From Eledone cirrhosa (lineage: Eukaryota), in NCBI GenBank assembly GCA_964016885.1, contig OZ024742.1, forward strand, positions 205,654,001 to 205,718,000: DNA of 64,000 nt, in the 5' to 3' direction. Of the stretch, positions 1 through 11,674 are shown in pieces. Below the pieces are notes generated by a model. It had not been told where the DNA came from. It saw only the letters and a program-made list of their open reading frames with translations, and ran no database searches. A program made the translations under genes and the position numbers. Numbering within the stretch: the stretch's first letter is position 1; each line of letters starts with the position of its first letter.

Positions 1-1134
1 GCTCCAGCCACAGACTTCGTCTGCCGCCGTCAGCAGGTTTGCTCTCAGGAATTCCCACTGTTCCTCTATATTATACGACTCTAATTGCTCTTCCTTACTG
101 TCGAAAGCGTCAAGTAATTTTCTTTGAAATTTATTTCTGGCTATGGGGTCCTTTAGCTTCCATATTTTTCTCCTGAGGATAGTCCTCTTCCGCTGTCTAG
201 TACGTCTCGTCCTGACTATGAGGTCGCTAATTATCAGTCTATGTTGGGAGGTGAATTCTTCATGGGGGTGGGATTTAGTGTTAACAACAGACACTCTGTC
301 ACGTCTTCTGGTAAGGATATAATCTACCTGGCTTGTGTGTTCCCCCGATCTATAGGTGATCAAGTGATTGTCTCGTTTTTTGAAGTTAGTGTTACAGATA
401 GTTAAGTTATTTGCGTCGCAGAATTCCAGGATTCTGGAGCCTTCCTCATTTCTAGTACCGAACCCATAGCCTCCATGGATTCCGTCATAGCCGTCACAAT
501 GTTGTCCAACGTGACCATTTAGGTCCCCTGCAATAACTATATAGTCACTGTCAGTTATTTGGGAGGTAGCGAGCATCAGTGTCTCGTAGAATCTGTCTTT
601 TATAGCGCGGGGCAGTCCGGATTGGGGTGCGTACGCAGATATTACTGTCACCTTAGTTTTATTGAGGACAAGTCTTATTTTAATTATTCTGTCGTTCACT
701 CTATTTACGTCTATTATCTTATCTGCCCACTTTTCTGCTACCATGATTCCTACCCCACCCAACCCATTGTCATTTCCCACCCAGAAAAGCTTATAGCATC
801 GTTCTTTACCCACGATGAATCTAGCCGACCCTCCCCTCCACCTGGTCTCTTGAATACAACAAACATCGACCTCCTTACGTTCAAGCATTTCTACAACCTC
901 GTTATAGCGACCCTTTAAGGTGCCTACATTCATGGTACCAACTTTGAAGTTTTGGATTGCGTTTGGAGGGTGGGAGCGGGGGGGGGGGGTTATGTTAGCC
1001 ATCCTGGGCCGAAACAAGGAGGAGTGCTTGCATTCTCGTCCACGAGGTGAATTTGGCTTCATCTTTGGCATTGTCGCTGAGCGTCCACATTTTTCTCTCT
1101 TCAACTCTCCAGAATTCCGTAGTCCATCCATCAT
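1..1134 (-). CDS. RTE-clade LINE ORF, N-terminal AP-endonuclease domain; open and running off the left edge of the window
   Basis: Hand translation of the minus strand shows no stop from the ATG at 1134 (alternative ATG 1002) to base 1: ...NFKVGTMNVGTLKGR...VDVCCIQETRWRG...GVGIMV...VISAYAPQSG...IAGDLNGHVG...YGFGTRNEEGSRILEF...SQVDYIL...SQHRLII. These are APE motifs typical of RTE elements. Missing from the ORF track because its stop lies outside the window. Confidence 0.93.
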   Translation of the reverse strand, partial: MMDGLRNSGELKREKCGRSATMPKMKPNSPRGRECKHSSLFRPRMANITPPPRSHPPNAIQNFKVGTMNVGTLKGRYNEVVEMLERKEVDVCCIQETRWRGGSARFIVGKERCYKLFWVGNDNGLGGVGIMVAEKWADKIIDVNRVNDRIIKIRLVLNKTKVTVISAYAPQSGLPRAIKDRFYETLMLATSQITDSDYIVIAGDLNGHVGQHCDGYDGIHGGYGFGTRNEEGSRILEFCDANNLTICNTNFKKRDNHLITYRSGEHTSQVDYILTRRRDRVSVVNTKSHPHEEFTSQHRLIISDLIVRTRRTRQRKRTILRRKIWKLKDPIARNKFQRKLLDAFDSKEEQLESYNIEEQWEFLRANLLTAADEVCGWS

Positions 1135-1237
1135 ATCGAAAAGCAACCAGTTAAGCGATAGTATGGGCCTCTGACTTATGATTGGTCCACGTAATAATGG
1201 TGGTGCGTGGGGGCGGGAGGGAGGGATGATGGGTTGT

Positions 1238-2426
1238 TAGCGAGAATGTAAGGTTTAAGATAAGATCGCCGTATTTTGGGCATGATTTAACAATAAACGA
1301 AAATACAAGATTTGTTTTGTTTAAGAAAATACGATAGAGAAAATGCGGTGATAGGGAAAATATGATTTTTAGAGAAAAGATATGATATAGAATGGTGAAA
1401 ATATGATATAGTGTGAAATTAGGACATAGAAGTGATTGAATGAATGGGTTCGAATGGAGAGAAGAATCGAGAAAAAATTGGGCATAATTTAACAAACGAA
1501 AATACAAGATTTGTTTTGTTTAAGAAAATACGATAGAGAAAATGCGGTGATAGGGAAAATATGATTTTTAGAGAAAAGATATGATATAGAATGGTGAAAA
1601 TATGATATAGTGTGAAATTAGGACATAGAAGTGATTGAATGAATGGGTTCGAATGGAGAGAAGAATCGAGAAAAACTTGAACGTTACTTTATACCGAAGG
1701 GAACAGCCATCCCAGAAAATAGCGAGTTGGCGATTTTGATTAATTTTGGTAGGGTTTTATCTTATATGTATAGAGAGGGAGGGGGGGCAGGAACCAGCAT
1801 GATGAATGGGTAGGGGGTAGAATATGGGATGGAGCAGAGGTTAAAAGTTTAAATAGGTACTCGAAGATTTGCGTAAAACTTAGCAAGTTTAACAAATTAT
1901 AGTTAAAGGAATATATAATAGTGATAGCGAGAATGTAAGGTTTAAGATAAGATCGCCGTATTTTGGGCATGATTTAACAATAAACGAAAATACAAGATTT
2001 GTTTTGTTTAAGAAAATACGATAGAGAAAATGCGGTGATAGGGAAAATATGATTTTTAGAGAAAAGATATGATATAGAATGGTGAAAATATGATATAGTG
2101 TGAAATTAGGACATAGAAGTGATTGAATGAATGGGTTCGAATGGAGAGAAGAATCGAGAAAAAATTGGTCATAATTTAACAATAAACGAAAATACAAGAT
2201 TTGTTTTGTTTAAGAAAATACGATAGAGAAAATGCGGTGATAGGGAAAATATGATTTTTAGAGAAAAGATATGATATAGAATGGTGAAAATATGATATAG
2301 TGTGAAATTAGGACATAGAAGTGATTGAATGAATGGGTTCGAATGGAGAGAAGAATCGAGAAAATCTTGAACGTTACTTTATACCGAAGGGAACAGCCAT
2401 CCCAGAAAATAGCGAGTTGGCGATTT
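1238..2426. repeat. Higher-order tandem repeat: two near-identical ~500-bp blocks (1238-1736, 1925-2426), each holding two ~200-bp units
   Basis: Unit 'aacgaaaatacaagatttg...gaagaatcgagaaaa' occurs four times (~1296, ~1496, ~1983, ~2185). Both blocks begin 'tagcgagaatgtaagg' and end 'gcgagttggcgattt'. Confidence 0.95.
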
Positions 2427-2467
2427 ATATATGTATATATGTATATATATATGTATATATGTATATG

Positions 2468-2523
<56 letters not shown>

Positions 2524-2558
2524 TATATATATATAATGTATATATGTATATATATATG

Positions 2559-2643
<85 letters not shown>

Positions 2644-3968
2644 GTATATATATATATATGTGTATATATATATGTATATATATATGTATATATATATGTA
2701 TATATATATATGTATATATATATATGTATATATATATGTATATAGGTATATATATATATGTATATATATATGTATGTATATATATATGTATATATATATG
2801 TATATATATATATGTATATATATATGTATATATGTATATATATATGTATATATATATGTATGTATATATGTATATATATATATGTATATATATATATGTA
2901 TATATATATGTATATATATATGTATATATATATGTATATATATATATGTATATATATATGTATGTATATATATGTATATATATATGTATGTATATATATA
3001 TGTATATATATATGTATATATGTATATGTATATATATATGTATATATATATGTATATATATATATGTATATATGTATATATATATATGTATATGTATATA
3101 TGTATATGTATATATATGTATATATATATGTATATATATATGTATATATATATGTATATATATATGTATATATATGTATATATATATGTATATATATATG
3201 TATATATATATGTATATATATATGTATATATATGTGTATATATATGTATATATATATGTATATATATATGTATATATATATGTATATATATATGTATGTA
3301 TATATGTATATATATATGTATATATATGTATGTATATATGTATGTATATATGTATATATATATATGTATATATATATGTATATATATATATGTATATATG
3401 TATATATATATATGTATATATATATGTATATATATATATATGTATATATATATGTATATATATGTATATGTATATATATGTATATGTATATATATGTATA
3501 TATATGTATATGTATATATATGTATATATATGTATATGTATATATATGTATATATATGTATATGTATATATATGTATACATATGTATATATATGTATATG
3601 TATATATACGTATATATATGTATATGTATATATATGTATATATATGTATATGTATATATATGTATATGTATATATATGTATTTGTATATATCTATATATA
3701 TGTATATATTTGTATATATCTATATATATGTATATATTTGTATATATCTATATATATGTATATATATGTATGTATATGTATGTATATGTATATATATGTA
3801 TATGTATATATATGTATATATATGTATATATATGTATATATATGTATATATATGTATATATCTATATATATGTATATATATGTATATATATGTATATGTA
3901 TATATATGTATATATATGTATATGTATATATATGTATATATATATATTTGTATATATCTATATATATG

Positions 3969-4015
<47 letters not shown>

Positions 4016-4082
4016 GTGTATATATATATATGTGTATATGTATATATATGTATATATATATATGTATATATATATATATGTG

Positions 4083-4113
<31 letters not shown>

Positions 4114-4162
4114 GTGTATATATATATATGTGTATATATATATATATGTGTATATATATATG

Positions 4163-4193
<31 letters not shown>

Positions 4194-4198
4194 GTATG

Positions 4199-4233
<35 letters not shown>

Positions 4234-4375
4234 GTATATATCTATATATATGTATATATCTATATATATGTATATATCTATATATATGTATATATCTATA
4301 TATATGTATATATCTATATATATGTATATATCTATATATATGTATATATCTATATATATGTGTATATATATATAT

Positions 4376-4459
<84 letters not shown>

Positions 4460-4462
4460 GTG

Positions 4463-4509
<47 letters not shown>

Positions 4510-4518
4510 GTATATATG

Positions 4519-4601
<83 letters not shown>

Positions 4602-4645
4602 GTATATATCTATATATATGTATATATATATGTATATACATGTAC

Positions 4646-4678
<33 letters not shown>

Positions 4679-4690
4679 TGTATATATATA
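2427..4690. repeat. ~2.3-kb (TA)n/(TATG)n microsatellite
   Basis: Seen directly; source of the spurious I/Y/C/M ORFs. Confidence 0.98.
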
Positions 4691-5378
4691 CGTGAACGGC
4701 AAAGCATAAACGAACTAAGGAAAAAATTAAAAATAAGAGGGATCAGATGTTGTTTACTCGAGAGAAGGCTACGTTGGTATCGACACATGATGCGCATGAA
4801 AGTCTATAGCTGTATAACAAAGTGCAGGGCAATAAAGATAGACGGTAGCCACGGAGTAGGCAGACCCAGAAAAACCTGGGACGAGCTGATAAATTCCGAC
4901 CTCACACACTTACACCTATCCAAGACAATGTCACTGGACCGTGACCTATGGCGGTACTCAGTAATAGAGAAGACCCGCCTTACCTAAATACAAAGTAAAT
5001 CCTACTACAGTCAGTAGGCATCTCTAACAAAATACACCCCCTTCGCACCACCCCCACCCCATCTACTCCGCCCCTTTCAATGTAAAGTTATGTTGGTGCC
5101 ACAACATCCAGGCCGAAACAAATGAGATCGTGTAGGTGTCATGACAAAAAAACACACAGTCCACGCTGTAATGTGGCCGTGTAGGCAACACGGTAAAAAC
5201 CTCCCAGCCCCACACTGTAAATGTGGTTGGTGTTAGGAAGGGCATCCAGCTGTAGAAAACCCGCCAGACAGTCCTCTGCGAGCAAGACAATCACTCTTGC
5301 CTCAAGTGGGAAAACCCCCGTCCAAACCCATGCAAGCGTGGAACACGGACGTTAAACGATGATGATGATGATGATGAT
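4691..5378 (+). mobile_element. 5'-truncated RTE LINE (C-terminal ORF end, 3' UTR, (GAT)n tail)
   Basis: ...[12 protein letters not shown]...[11 protein letters not shown]...DRDLWR, stop at 4987, 3' UTR ending gatgatgatgat. Nearly identical to the minus-strand copy at 54707-56391. Confidence 0.92.
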
Positions 5379-5429
5379 ATATATATATATTTATATTTAT
5401 ATATTTATAATTATATATATATATTTATT

Positions 5430-5475
<46 letters not shown>

Positions 5476-5480
<5 letters not shown>

Positions 5481-6020
5481 ATACTTTGGGAGGGTCATGT
5501 TGCCAATAAGAAACACACGCACCAGTTGCTTTCACTTCAATTTATTATATATTTATAAATTCACAAAATTATAAATTTCTGGTTGGTTGGTTGGTTCCAC
5601 AACTAGATAGTTGTTTATATATAGTCATAGTTCTTTCGTCACACACTCTGTGACCTCTTCAGTGACTGGAGATTTCTTTCTTTGCTTCTGTGCCTCTCCT
5701 TTGTTCTGTCCTACGCCATTTTCTGGTAAATGACGTAGGACAGAAGCAAAGAAAGAAATCCCCAGTCACTGAAGAGGTCACAGAGTGTGTGACGAAAGAA
5801 CTATGACTATATATAAACAACTATCTGGTTGTGGAACCAACCAACCAACCAACCAGAAATTTATAAATTTGTAAATTTTTAAATATATAATAAATTGAAG
5901 TGAATCAACTGGTGCGTGTGTTTTTTATTGGCAAAAATGACCCTCCCAAAGTATAACAACATTGGTTTCAACACACGATTTCAGATAAAGAATCTTGCTA
6001 AACAAATTCAGAAACGAAAT
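5476..6020. mobile_element. Fold-back element A (inverted pseudo-LTR-like repeat with hammerhead motif), Penelope-like remnant
   Basis: Arms ~5476-5690 and ~5740-5959 are reverse complements, with a central hairpin at ~5704-5745. Flanked by (TA)n on both sides. Confidence 0.8.
5764..5808 (+). ncRNA. Minimal type-I hammerhead ribozyme motif (mirror copy on - at 5623-5667)
   Basis: agtca-CTGAAGA-g-gtcaca(gagtg)tgtgac-GAAA-gaac-TA-tgact: stem I agtca/tgact, stem II gtcaca/tgtgac, very short stem III. Confidence 0.75.
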
Positions 6021-6033
6021 ATATATATATATT

Positions 6034-6073
<40 letters not shown>

Positions 6074-6087
6074 TATATATATATATT

Positions 6088-6121
<34 letters not shown>

Positions 6122-6430
6122 TATATATATATATTTATATATTTATATATATATATATTTATATATATATATTTATATATATTTATATATATATATATTT
6201 ATATATATATATATATATTTATATATATGGACACACGCGTATAACTTGCTGAGTAAGTTCTGTTTAAATTTCTATAGAAATTCTTGTCTGATAACTTTAA
6301 TTTTTGTACCATTTTGTAGAGGGACTGCCAGGTCAAACTTTGATCTGGTCAGTCTCTCAAAATATTCTACGCCTTTAGGCGAAATAGTTAAAAAAAAGTT
6401 TTTTCTTGTTGAAAAGTCAATATTTTTTAA

Positions 6431-8212
6431 ATGGCCGAAGCTTCTTCACCAAAATTCGAAGGAGGAAAGGGGAAGATGAACTTACAGCTTCCCCCTGCCA
6501 CTGTCACAGTAGCAGAGGTCAAGAAGATAGGTCAGCCAGAGGAAGAATTCTCTCCACCTGTTAACCGAGAACTTGACGTTACCATGGCAACAACCCAAAG
6601 AACCAACAGCAACAACAACAACAATGCGACGGTAGAAAACAACACCAATAACAATAACAATAACAACAACAAGACCAATAACGGTGACAACAACAACAAT
6701 GATAACAACAACACCACCAACGACAACAACAACACAAACAAACAAAATTTCTACTTCGCCGAGACGACAAGGAAAACCCTCGACTATCTGCCAGTAGATA
6801 TAACAAAAGCGAAGGAGCTACTGGCGGATGCGAAAAAATATATAGTGTACGGGGAAAATGGTTCATTCACAATCCATTCCCCCCCGGAACTAAAAAGCCA
6901 GAGACTCCTAAACACGGTCATGTTTAGGACAATCTCGAACAAAAGTAAAAAACCAGCTCAACCATCACAGAGCGAGATAGAGCTGGTTTTAAAAGACGTC
7001 ATGAAGGACATCACCTTCATTCAGAAGGATAGACTCTACGGGAGTCTATCCATTCTCATGAAGGACAGGGACACAGCAGTGAAACTGTCCATCAAACCAA
7101 TCACATCCACCGCATACACCTTCTACCCTACGTACATGGGTAGAAGAACACAAAAAATAAAAATCCACACCATCCTGCCGATTATGGACATATGGTGGGT
7201 TTTGACAGGTTTTCTGGACCTGGAGGATGACATGCTGGTGTCCATGGGAAAGGCATCGGGTGACGCGTTCAGTGGAACGAGCCTCGAACTTGTAGTTCAA
7301 ATGAGGCCCGAAAGGATCGCCCAGATCCCTGAACGCGTCATACTGGATGATCTAACCTTCATCAACATTACCGTTGAGGGTAGACGGCCCTCGTGTTACC
7401 TCTGCGGAACCAGAGGTCACCTGAGGGCTGTCTGTCCCCAACTTAATAAGAAAACCCCAATCCTGCCTACACCACCAACAACTGCACAACCAACACAATC
7501 ACCACAACAACCACTACAAAAACAACCACCACAGCTCAAACCAAAACAAAACAATGTCCAACCCATCCCCTCCACTCAAAAAACAAAAACAATTTCCAAA
7601 ACACCCGTACCGCAAACACAACCCGAAAATATACCCCTCCCCTCCAACGCGGAAGATGACCCTAGTTCGTCGTCAGACGAGGAGGAGCACTTCCACACAA
7701 GCAAAAGAAAAAAAAGAAAACACACCTCAGACACACAAATGAAAAAACCCCCTCCCCAAAACATAACACTGACACCAACACAAAAGAGCTCACAACAGCA
7801 AACAAAAAACACCACACAAAAACAAAAACATGCATACACATACATAAATACAAGAAACAAAAAACTGTTAAACATTGTGTACAACAACAATCTAATAAAA
7901 ACACAAGGGCCTAACTTCACCCAGGCAGGGGATTTCCCCCACCTCAAAATGATTAAGGCCCCACAGGACACCTATAAAACTTTAAAAAACAATTTTAAAG
8001 AGGACGTGGGTCCCCCCTGCGTCGGGCCCATTAACCGAGTCCTCCTAAAAAACTATCCCACCCCCTCCCCAAACACCCTCACAACTCCAAGCTCCCCAAC
8101 CACACAACACACTGATGCCCCCACACTTCCACAAACCACCACCCCACCCAACAACCCATCCCCCACCCTAATGGAAATTGTGCAGCCCGATACCCGGGAC
8201 GCAGAGAGGTAA
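6431..8212 (+). CDS. ORF1 (gag-like nucleic-acid-binding protein) of the Tx1-like element
   Basis: 593 aa with CCHC zinc knuckle [14 protein letters not shown], a poly-N tract, P/T/Q-rich C-terminal half and a basic KRKKRK patch. Confidence 0.88.
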   Translation: MAEASSPKFEGGKGKMNLQLPPATVTVAEVKKIGQPEEEFSPPVNRELDVTMATTQRTNSNNNNNATVENNTNNNNNNNNKTNNGDNNNNDNNNTTNDNNNTNKQNFYFAETTRKTLDYLPVDITKAKELLADAKKYIVYGENGSFTIHSPPELKSQRLLNTVMFRTISNKSKKPAQPSQSEIELVLKDVMKDITFIQKDRLYGSLSILMKDRDTAVKLSIKPITSTAYTFYPTYMGRRTQKIKIHTILPIMDIWWVLTGFLDLEDDMLVSMGKASGDAFSGTSLELVVQMRPERIAQIPERVILDDLTFINITVEGRRPSCYLCGTRGHLRAVCPQLNKKTPILPTPPTTAQPTQSPQQPLQKQPPQLKPKQNNVQPIPSTQKTKTISKTPVPQTQPENIPLPSNAEDDPSSSSDEEEHFHTSKRKKRKHTSDTQMKKPPPQNITLTPTQKSSQQQTKNTTQKQKHAYTYINTRNKKLLNIVYNNNLIKTQGPNFTQAGDFPHLKMIKAPQDTYKTLKNNFKEDVGPPCVGPINRVLLKNYPTPSPNTLTTPSSPTTQHTDAPTLPQTTTPPNNPSPTLMEIVQPDTRDAER

Positions 8213-8236
8213 GTGCCTTTTCTCTTCACCACCAAC

Positions 8237-11200
8237 ATGGCTATGCTAAGAGTAGGCTGTTTAAATGCGCGTGGCCTGGGCTCAACTTGGAAGCAAGCAA
8301 TGCTTCTAAATGACCTCAGGTCACAACGTATAGATGTGATGGTTATTTGCGAGGCCCGGATCAGCAACGTGCGACAGCTGGCCCCCACCTTTGATGACTT
8401 TGAGATGCACGCATCTCTCTGTCAGCCTGGAGGTGGGGGTGGAGTTGTCGTTCTGCTGCAAAAACATCTGGGTCTCGCAACACAGATGGTACATTTGGAC
8501 CCGGAGGGTCGACTAGTGGTTCTGGACCTTGGCAGTGGTAAAGGCGGAGCGTTTAGGTTGGTAGCCGCCTACGGCCCTTTCGGGTCAATGCGGCCGGACT
8601 TCTTCCATCGTCTGGAGACTTTTCTAGGGACGTCCCGCTCCTTGCTATTAGTGGGGGACTGGAATGGTATCCTAGATGCACGCTGGGACTACGTAGGGGC
8701 CTGCCCCGATAGAGAGGGGTGTAATAGCCTCAAAGGGTTAATCGGTCGATTTGACCTGGCCGATAGATATCGACTAGATTTTCCGACTGCGCCAACCTGG
8801 ACTTGGGCAAATCGTAGCGGATCATCTAGGTCGTACCTAGATAGGTTCTTAGTTAGAATTAAGGATAAGGACTTTTTAAGTTGTCCAAAAATGCGCATTG
8901 TTGGCTATTCAGACCACAAATTAGTGACCTGCATGGTCAACCTTGACAGAACTCATAGACAGGGCCCCGGTTACTGGAAGCTCAACTTGTCCTTGCCGGC
9001 AAGTAGAGCCTACAGGAATCGGATTAGTACGTTAGTTAAGGAACGGTTGACTGGAGCGATCGTCAACAGCAGGTGGTGGGTATCTCTAAAGAGAGAGATT
9101 AGAGTAGTCTCGATAGAATTTAGTAAGGTTCTAGCTGCGGATAGGAATAGGAAGGAAAGGGAGCTAATAGATAGAGTAGAAGAGGCAATTAGAAGCGGCG
9201 ACGTGGCCAGAGTGCTAGCGTCGAGAACGGCTTTGAGCCAGTTTTTCGACGCGAAGCACGAAGGCTGCGTTGTCCGAAGTAAAATACGTGCTCTAGGGAA
9301 CGAGGGGACCAAAGCTGTTAGCTGGGCCCGCGTGACAGAGGCCAACAGTGGAACTAAATCCACCATCCGGTCTTTGCGAGACCTGGATGGACGGGCGATT
9401 CTTGAGCCTAAGCAGATGTGTGAGGCCTTTCAAAGGCACTTTGCCCGACTGTTCGGGAGGGGCGGGGAGCCGGTTGGGAACGTGGACTTTGGTCCATACC
9501 TCGACGGCCTGCCGCGCCTCTCGGACAGGGAGGCGAAGTCCTGCGAGGAGCCGATTTCGGCCGCTGAGATAGAGGACGTGCTGAGCCAATGCGGCAAACG
9601 CAAATCCCCGGGTCTCGATGGTCTTCCTTACGAATTATATCTAGCTATGCCGGACTTGTTCCCCGATCTCCTCGAGGCGGTCTACTGCAACTGGCAACAG
9701 AACGGGAGAATTCCCTGTACTGTGACCAAGGGCGTAGTCACGCTAGTGAGGAAGGACGAGAACAAGGGGGACGAAATAAGTAACTTCAGGCCCATAACAC
9801 TGCTAAATACAGAGTTACAGATTTTGGCCAAGGTGCTAGCAAAGAGGTTGGCGCTTGTCGTGGGCAACCTGGTGGGAGATGCGCAGACATGCGCTATCCC
9901 GTCCAGGTCCATCCATGACAACCTCCACCTCATGCGATACATCATAGAGAGGGTTGGGAACGAACCCGGCTTTGGTGGAGCTCTGATCAACTTGGATCAA
10001 TCTAAGGCGTTCGATAGGGTCGACCATGGTTACCTGGATGCGGTGCTAGCGGCGGCAGGCTTCGGACCCGTTTTCAGGGGCTGGATCACTGCTATGCACA
10101 GCAGCCGCATCTGCTCTAGGGTCAAGGTGAACGGCTACCTCTCGGAGCCGTTCAAAATCGCGCGGTCCATCCGACAAGGGTGCCCTCTCTCCTCCCTTCT
10201 GTATGTGTTGACTCTCGAGCCACTACTGCGGAAGTTGGAGTTGTTGCAGGGCATCCCTTTGGAACCGGGATTGCGGAAAGCGGTGTCGGCCTACGCCGAT
10301 GACGTGACAGTAATGGTGTCGACGGCCTCCGAAATCGAGGCGGTCGGCACCTTACTGGAGGAGTACGAAAAGTTCACAGGGGCTAAGCTGAACCGGGACA
10401 AGTCGATCGGTTTGCAACTCGGCACGTGGAGGGGCAGACCGATGCCCTCCGATGGCGTCGTCGGACGCTGGACGGAGGGCCCGGTGAAGTTGCTCGGGGT
10501 CTGGTTCGGACCGGACCTCCAGGTGGAGAAAAACTGGGCGGAGGTTACGAACAGGGTGTTTGCACTGACCCAGAAGTGGGCCAGTTGCAAACTATCGCTG
10601 AAAGGTCGGGCGGAGGTGGCGAACACCTACATAGCGTCCGTCATCTACTACCGCCTGACCGTAGTGCCCTGCCCAAGGGAAACCCTCACCAAGATGGAGC
10701 GCGCGCTCTTCCAATTCCTTTGGAAGAGGCGGGCTCCTATGGTGAGGAGATCCATCTGCTGTCAACACCCTTCGAAAGGAGGGCTGGGGATGCCGTGGCT
10801 AATGATGCGTAAACACGCATTAAGGCTACGGCACCTCTACGTATTCCTCACCGGACAACCGGTGTGGGCCTCGTTTGTGAGACGAACCTTTCCCAGACTC
10901 GTCTCACTCACCGAGCTGCAATCCTGGGTCAAGCAAAGACCGAGAAAACTGGGCGCCTGGCACACTGAGTGTGCCCAGGCGCTCACCGCCCTCTGGCAGG
11001 CGGATCCGGTTATCAGTGGAGACTCCACCGCAACATTCTATAGAGGGCTGGTACGCAGCAGGTGCGACGACGCCCTCGGAGAAGCCCTAGACATGGAGGA
11101 GGACGAACTGGCCAGCCTTTTCGGTAGGACATTCAGCCCGGGACCTATGGACAACTTCCAGAAGTCCCTGGCCTGGCAGTGCTACCGAGGGGCTTTACCC

Positions 11201-11674
11201 GTTCGAGAAAGGCTCTACAGACACGGGCGCCCGGGTAGGGACCCCGCCAAAAAGATCTGTCCCAGATGCGTGTGCGACGAGGAAACCGTTGCACACGCAT
11301 TAGTACACTGCTCGGGCGTAGCCGATCTGTGGGGCTATGTCGAACAACTGCTGTCAAGGGTGGGACCGATCCGGTTGACCACCGAGTCTATTGTAATGAT
11401 CAAGCCGCCTCCCCCCTTCAAAGATGAAGCAGAGGCGGTGTTTCTGTGCGTAATAGCCATGGCGAAAGAGGTTGTATGGTGGACGCGTCTGAAAGGACTG
11501 AGGTCGGGCACCTTTCTCTCTGGCCAACAACTGGTCCGTTTCTTCCGATATCATTTCGGAAGAAGGATCAGGATGGAGAGAGAGGTGCTGCACCCCAGCC
11601 GTTTCTATGAAAGATGGGTGAAAGTGGCGAGAATGGCCCGTGTGAATGGGCCTTCACTCTACATCAGACTATAG
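8237..11674 (+). CDS. ORF2: AP endonuclease, reverse transcriptase and C-terminal Cys/His zinc motif
   Basis: First ATG at 8237 (frame open from 8213). Motifs LNARGL, VGDWNG, YLDRF, YSDHKLV, GYWKLN, KSPGLDGL, NFRPITLLN, LDQSKAFDRV, IRQGCPLS, AYADD, CPRC...ETVAHALVHC. No internal stops. Confidence 0.95.
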   Translation: MAMLRVGCLNARGLGSTWKQAMLLNDLRSQRIDVMVICEARISNVRQLAPTFDDFEMHASLCQPGGGGGVVVLLQKHLGLATQMVHLDPEGRLVVLDLGSGKGGAFRLVAAYGPFGSMRPDFFHRLETFLGTSRSLLLVGDWNGILDARWDYVGACPDREGCNSLKGLIGRFDLADRYRLDFPTAPTWTWANRSGSSRSYLDRFLVRIKDKDFLSCPKMRIVGYSDHKLVTCMVNLDRTHRQGPGYWKLNLSLPASRAYRNRISTLVKERLTGAIVNSRWWVSLKREIRVVSIEFSKVLAADRNRKERELIDRVEEAIRSGDVARVLASRTALSQFFDAKHEGCVVRSKIRALGNEGTKAVSWARVTEANSGTKSTIRSLRDLDGRAILEPKQMCEAFQRHFARLFGRGGEPVGNVDFGPYLDGLPRLSDREAKSCEEPISAAEIEDVLSQCGKRKSPGLDGLPYELYLAMPDLFPDLLEAVYCNWQQNGRIPCTVTKGVVTLVRKDENKGDEISNFRPITLLNTELQILAKVLAKRLALVVGNLVGDAQTCAIPSRSIHDNLHLMRYIIERVGNEPGFGGALINLDQSKAFDRVDHGYLDAVLAAAGFGPVFRGWITAMHSSRICSRVKVNGYLSEPFKIARSIRQGCPLSSLLYVLTLEPLLRKLELLQGIPLEPGLRKAVSAYADDVTVMVSTASEIEAVGTLLEEYEKFTGAKLNRDKSIGLQLGTWRGRPMPSDGVVGRWTEGPVKLLGVWFGPDLQVEKNWAEVTNRVFALTQKWASCKLSLKGRAEVANTYIASVIYYRLTVVPCPRETLTKMERALFQFLWKRRAPMVRRSICCQHPSKGGLGMPWLMMRKHALRLRHLYVFLTGQPVWASFVRRTFPRLVSLTELQSWVKQRPRKLGAWHTECAQALTALWQADPVISGDSTATFYRGLVRSRCDDALGEALDMEEDELASLFGRTFSPGPMDNFQKSLAWQCYRGALPVRERLYRHGRPGRDPAKKICPRCVCDEETVAHALVHCSGVADLWGYVEQLLSRVGPIRLTTESIVMIKPPPPFKDEAEAVFLCVIAMAKEVVWWTRLKGLRSGTFLSGQQLVRFFRYHFGRRIRMEREVLHPSRFYERWVKVARMARVNGPSLYIRL

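Larger units (their letters stand above)
1..2426 (-). mobile_element. 5' portion of a probably full-length RTE LINE (ORF plus repeat-structured 5' UTR), 5' end abutting a (TA)n array
   Basis: Intact APE ORF preceded by about 1.3 kb of non-coding repeated sequence that stops abruptly at the microsatellite at 2427. Confidence 0.75.

Noticed and set aside
1238-2426. CRISPR-like array
   Set aside because: Long units without unique spacers, eukaryotic context, no cas genes.
2325-4987. 400-794 aa ORFs rich in I/Y/C/M/V
   Set aside because: Translations of TA/TG microsatellite, which lacks stops; only the last ~98 codons of 2630-4987 are real RTE sequence.
8689-11593. Antisense and alternate-frame ORFs within Tx1 ORF2
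   Set aside because: Short shadows of a GC-rich coding region with no motifs.
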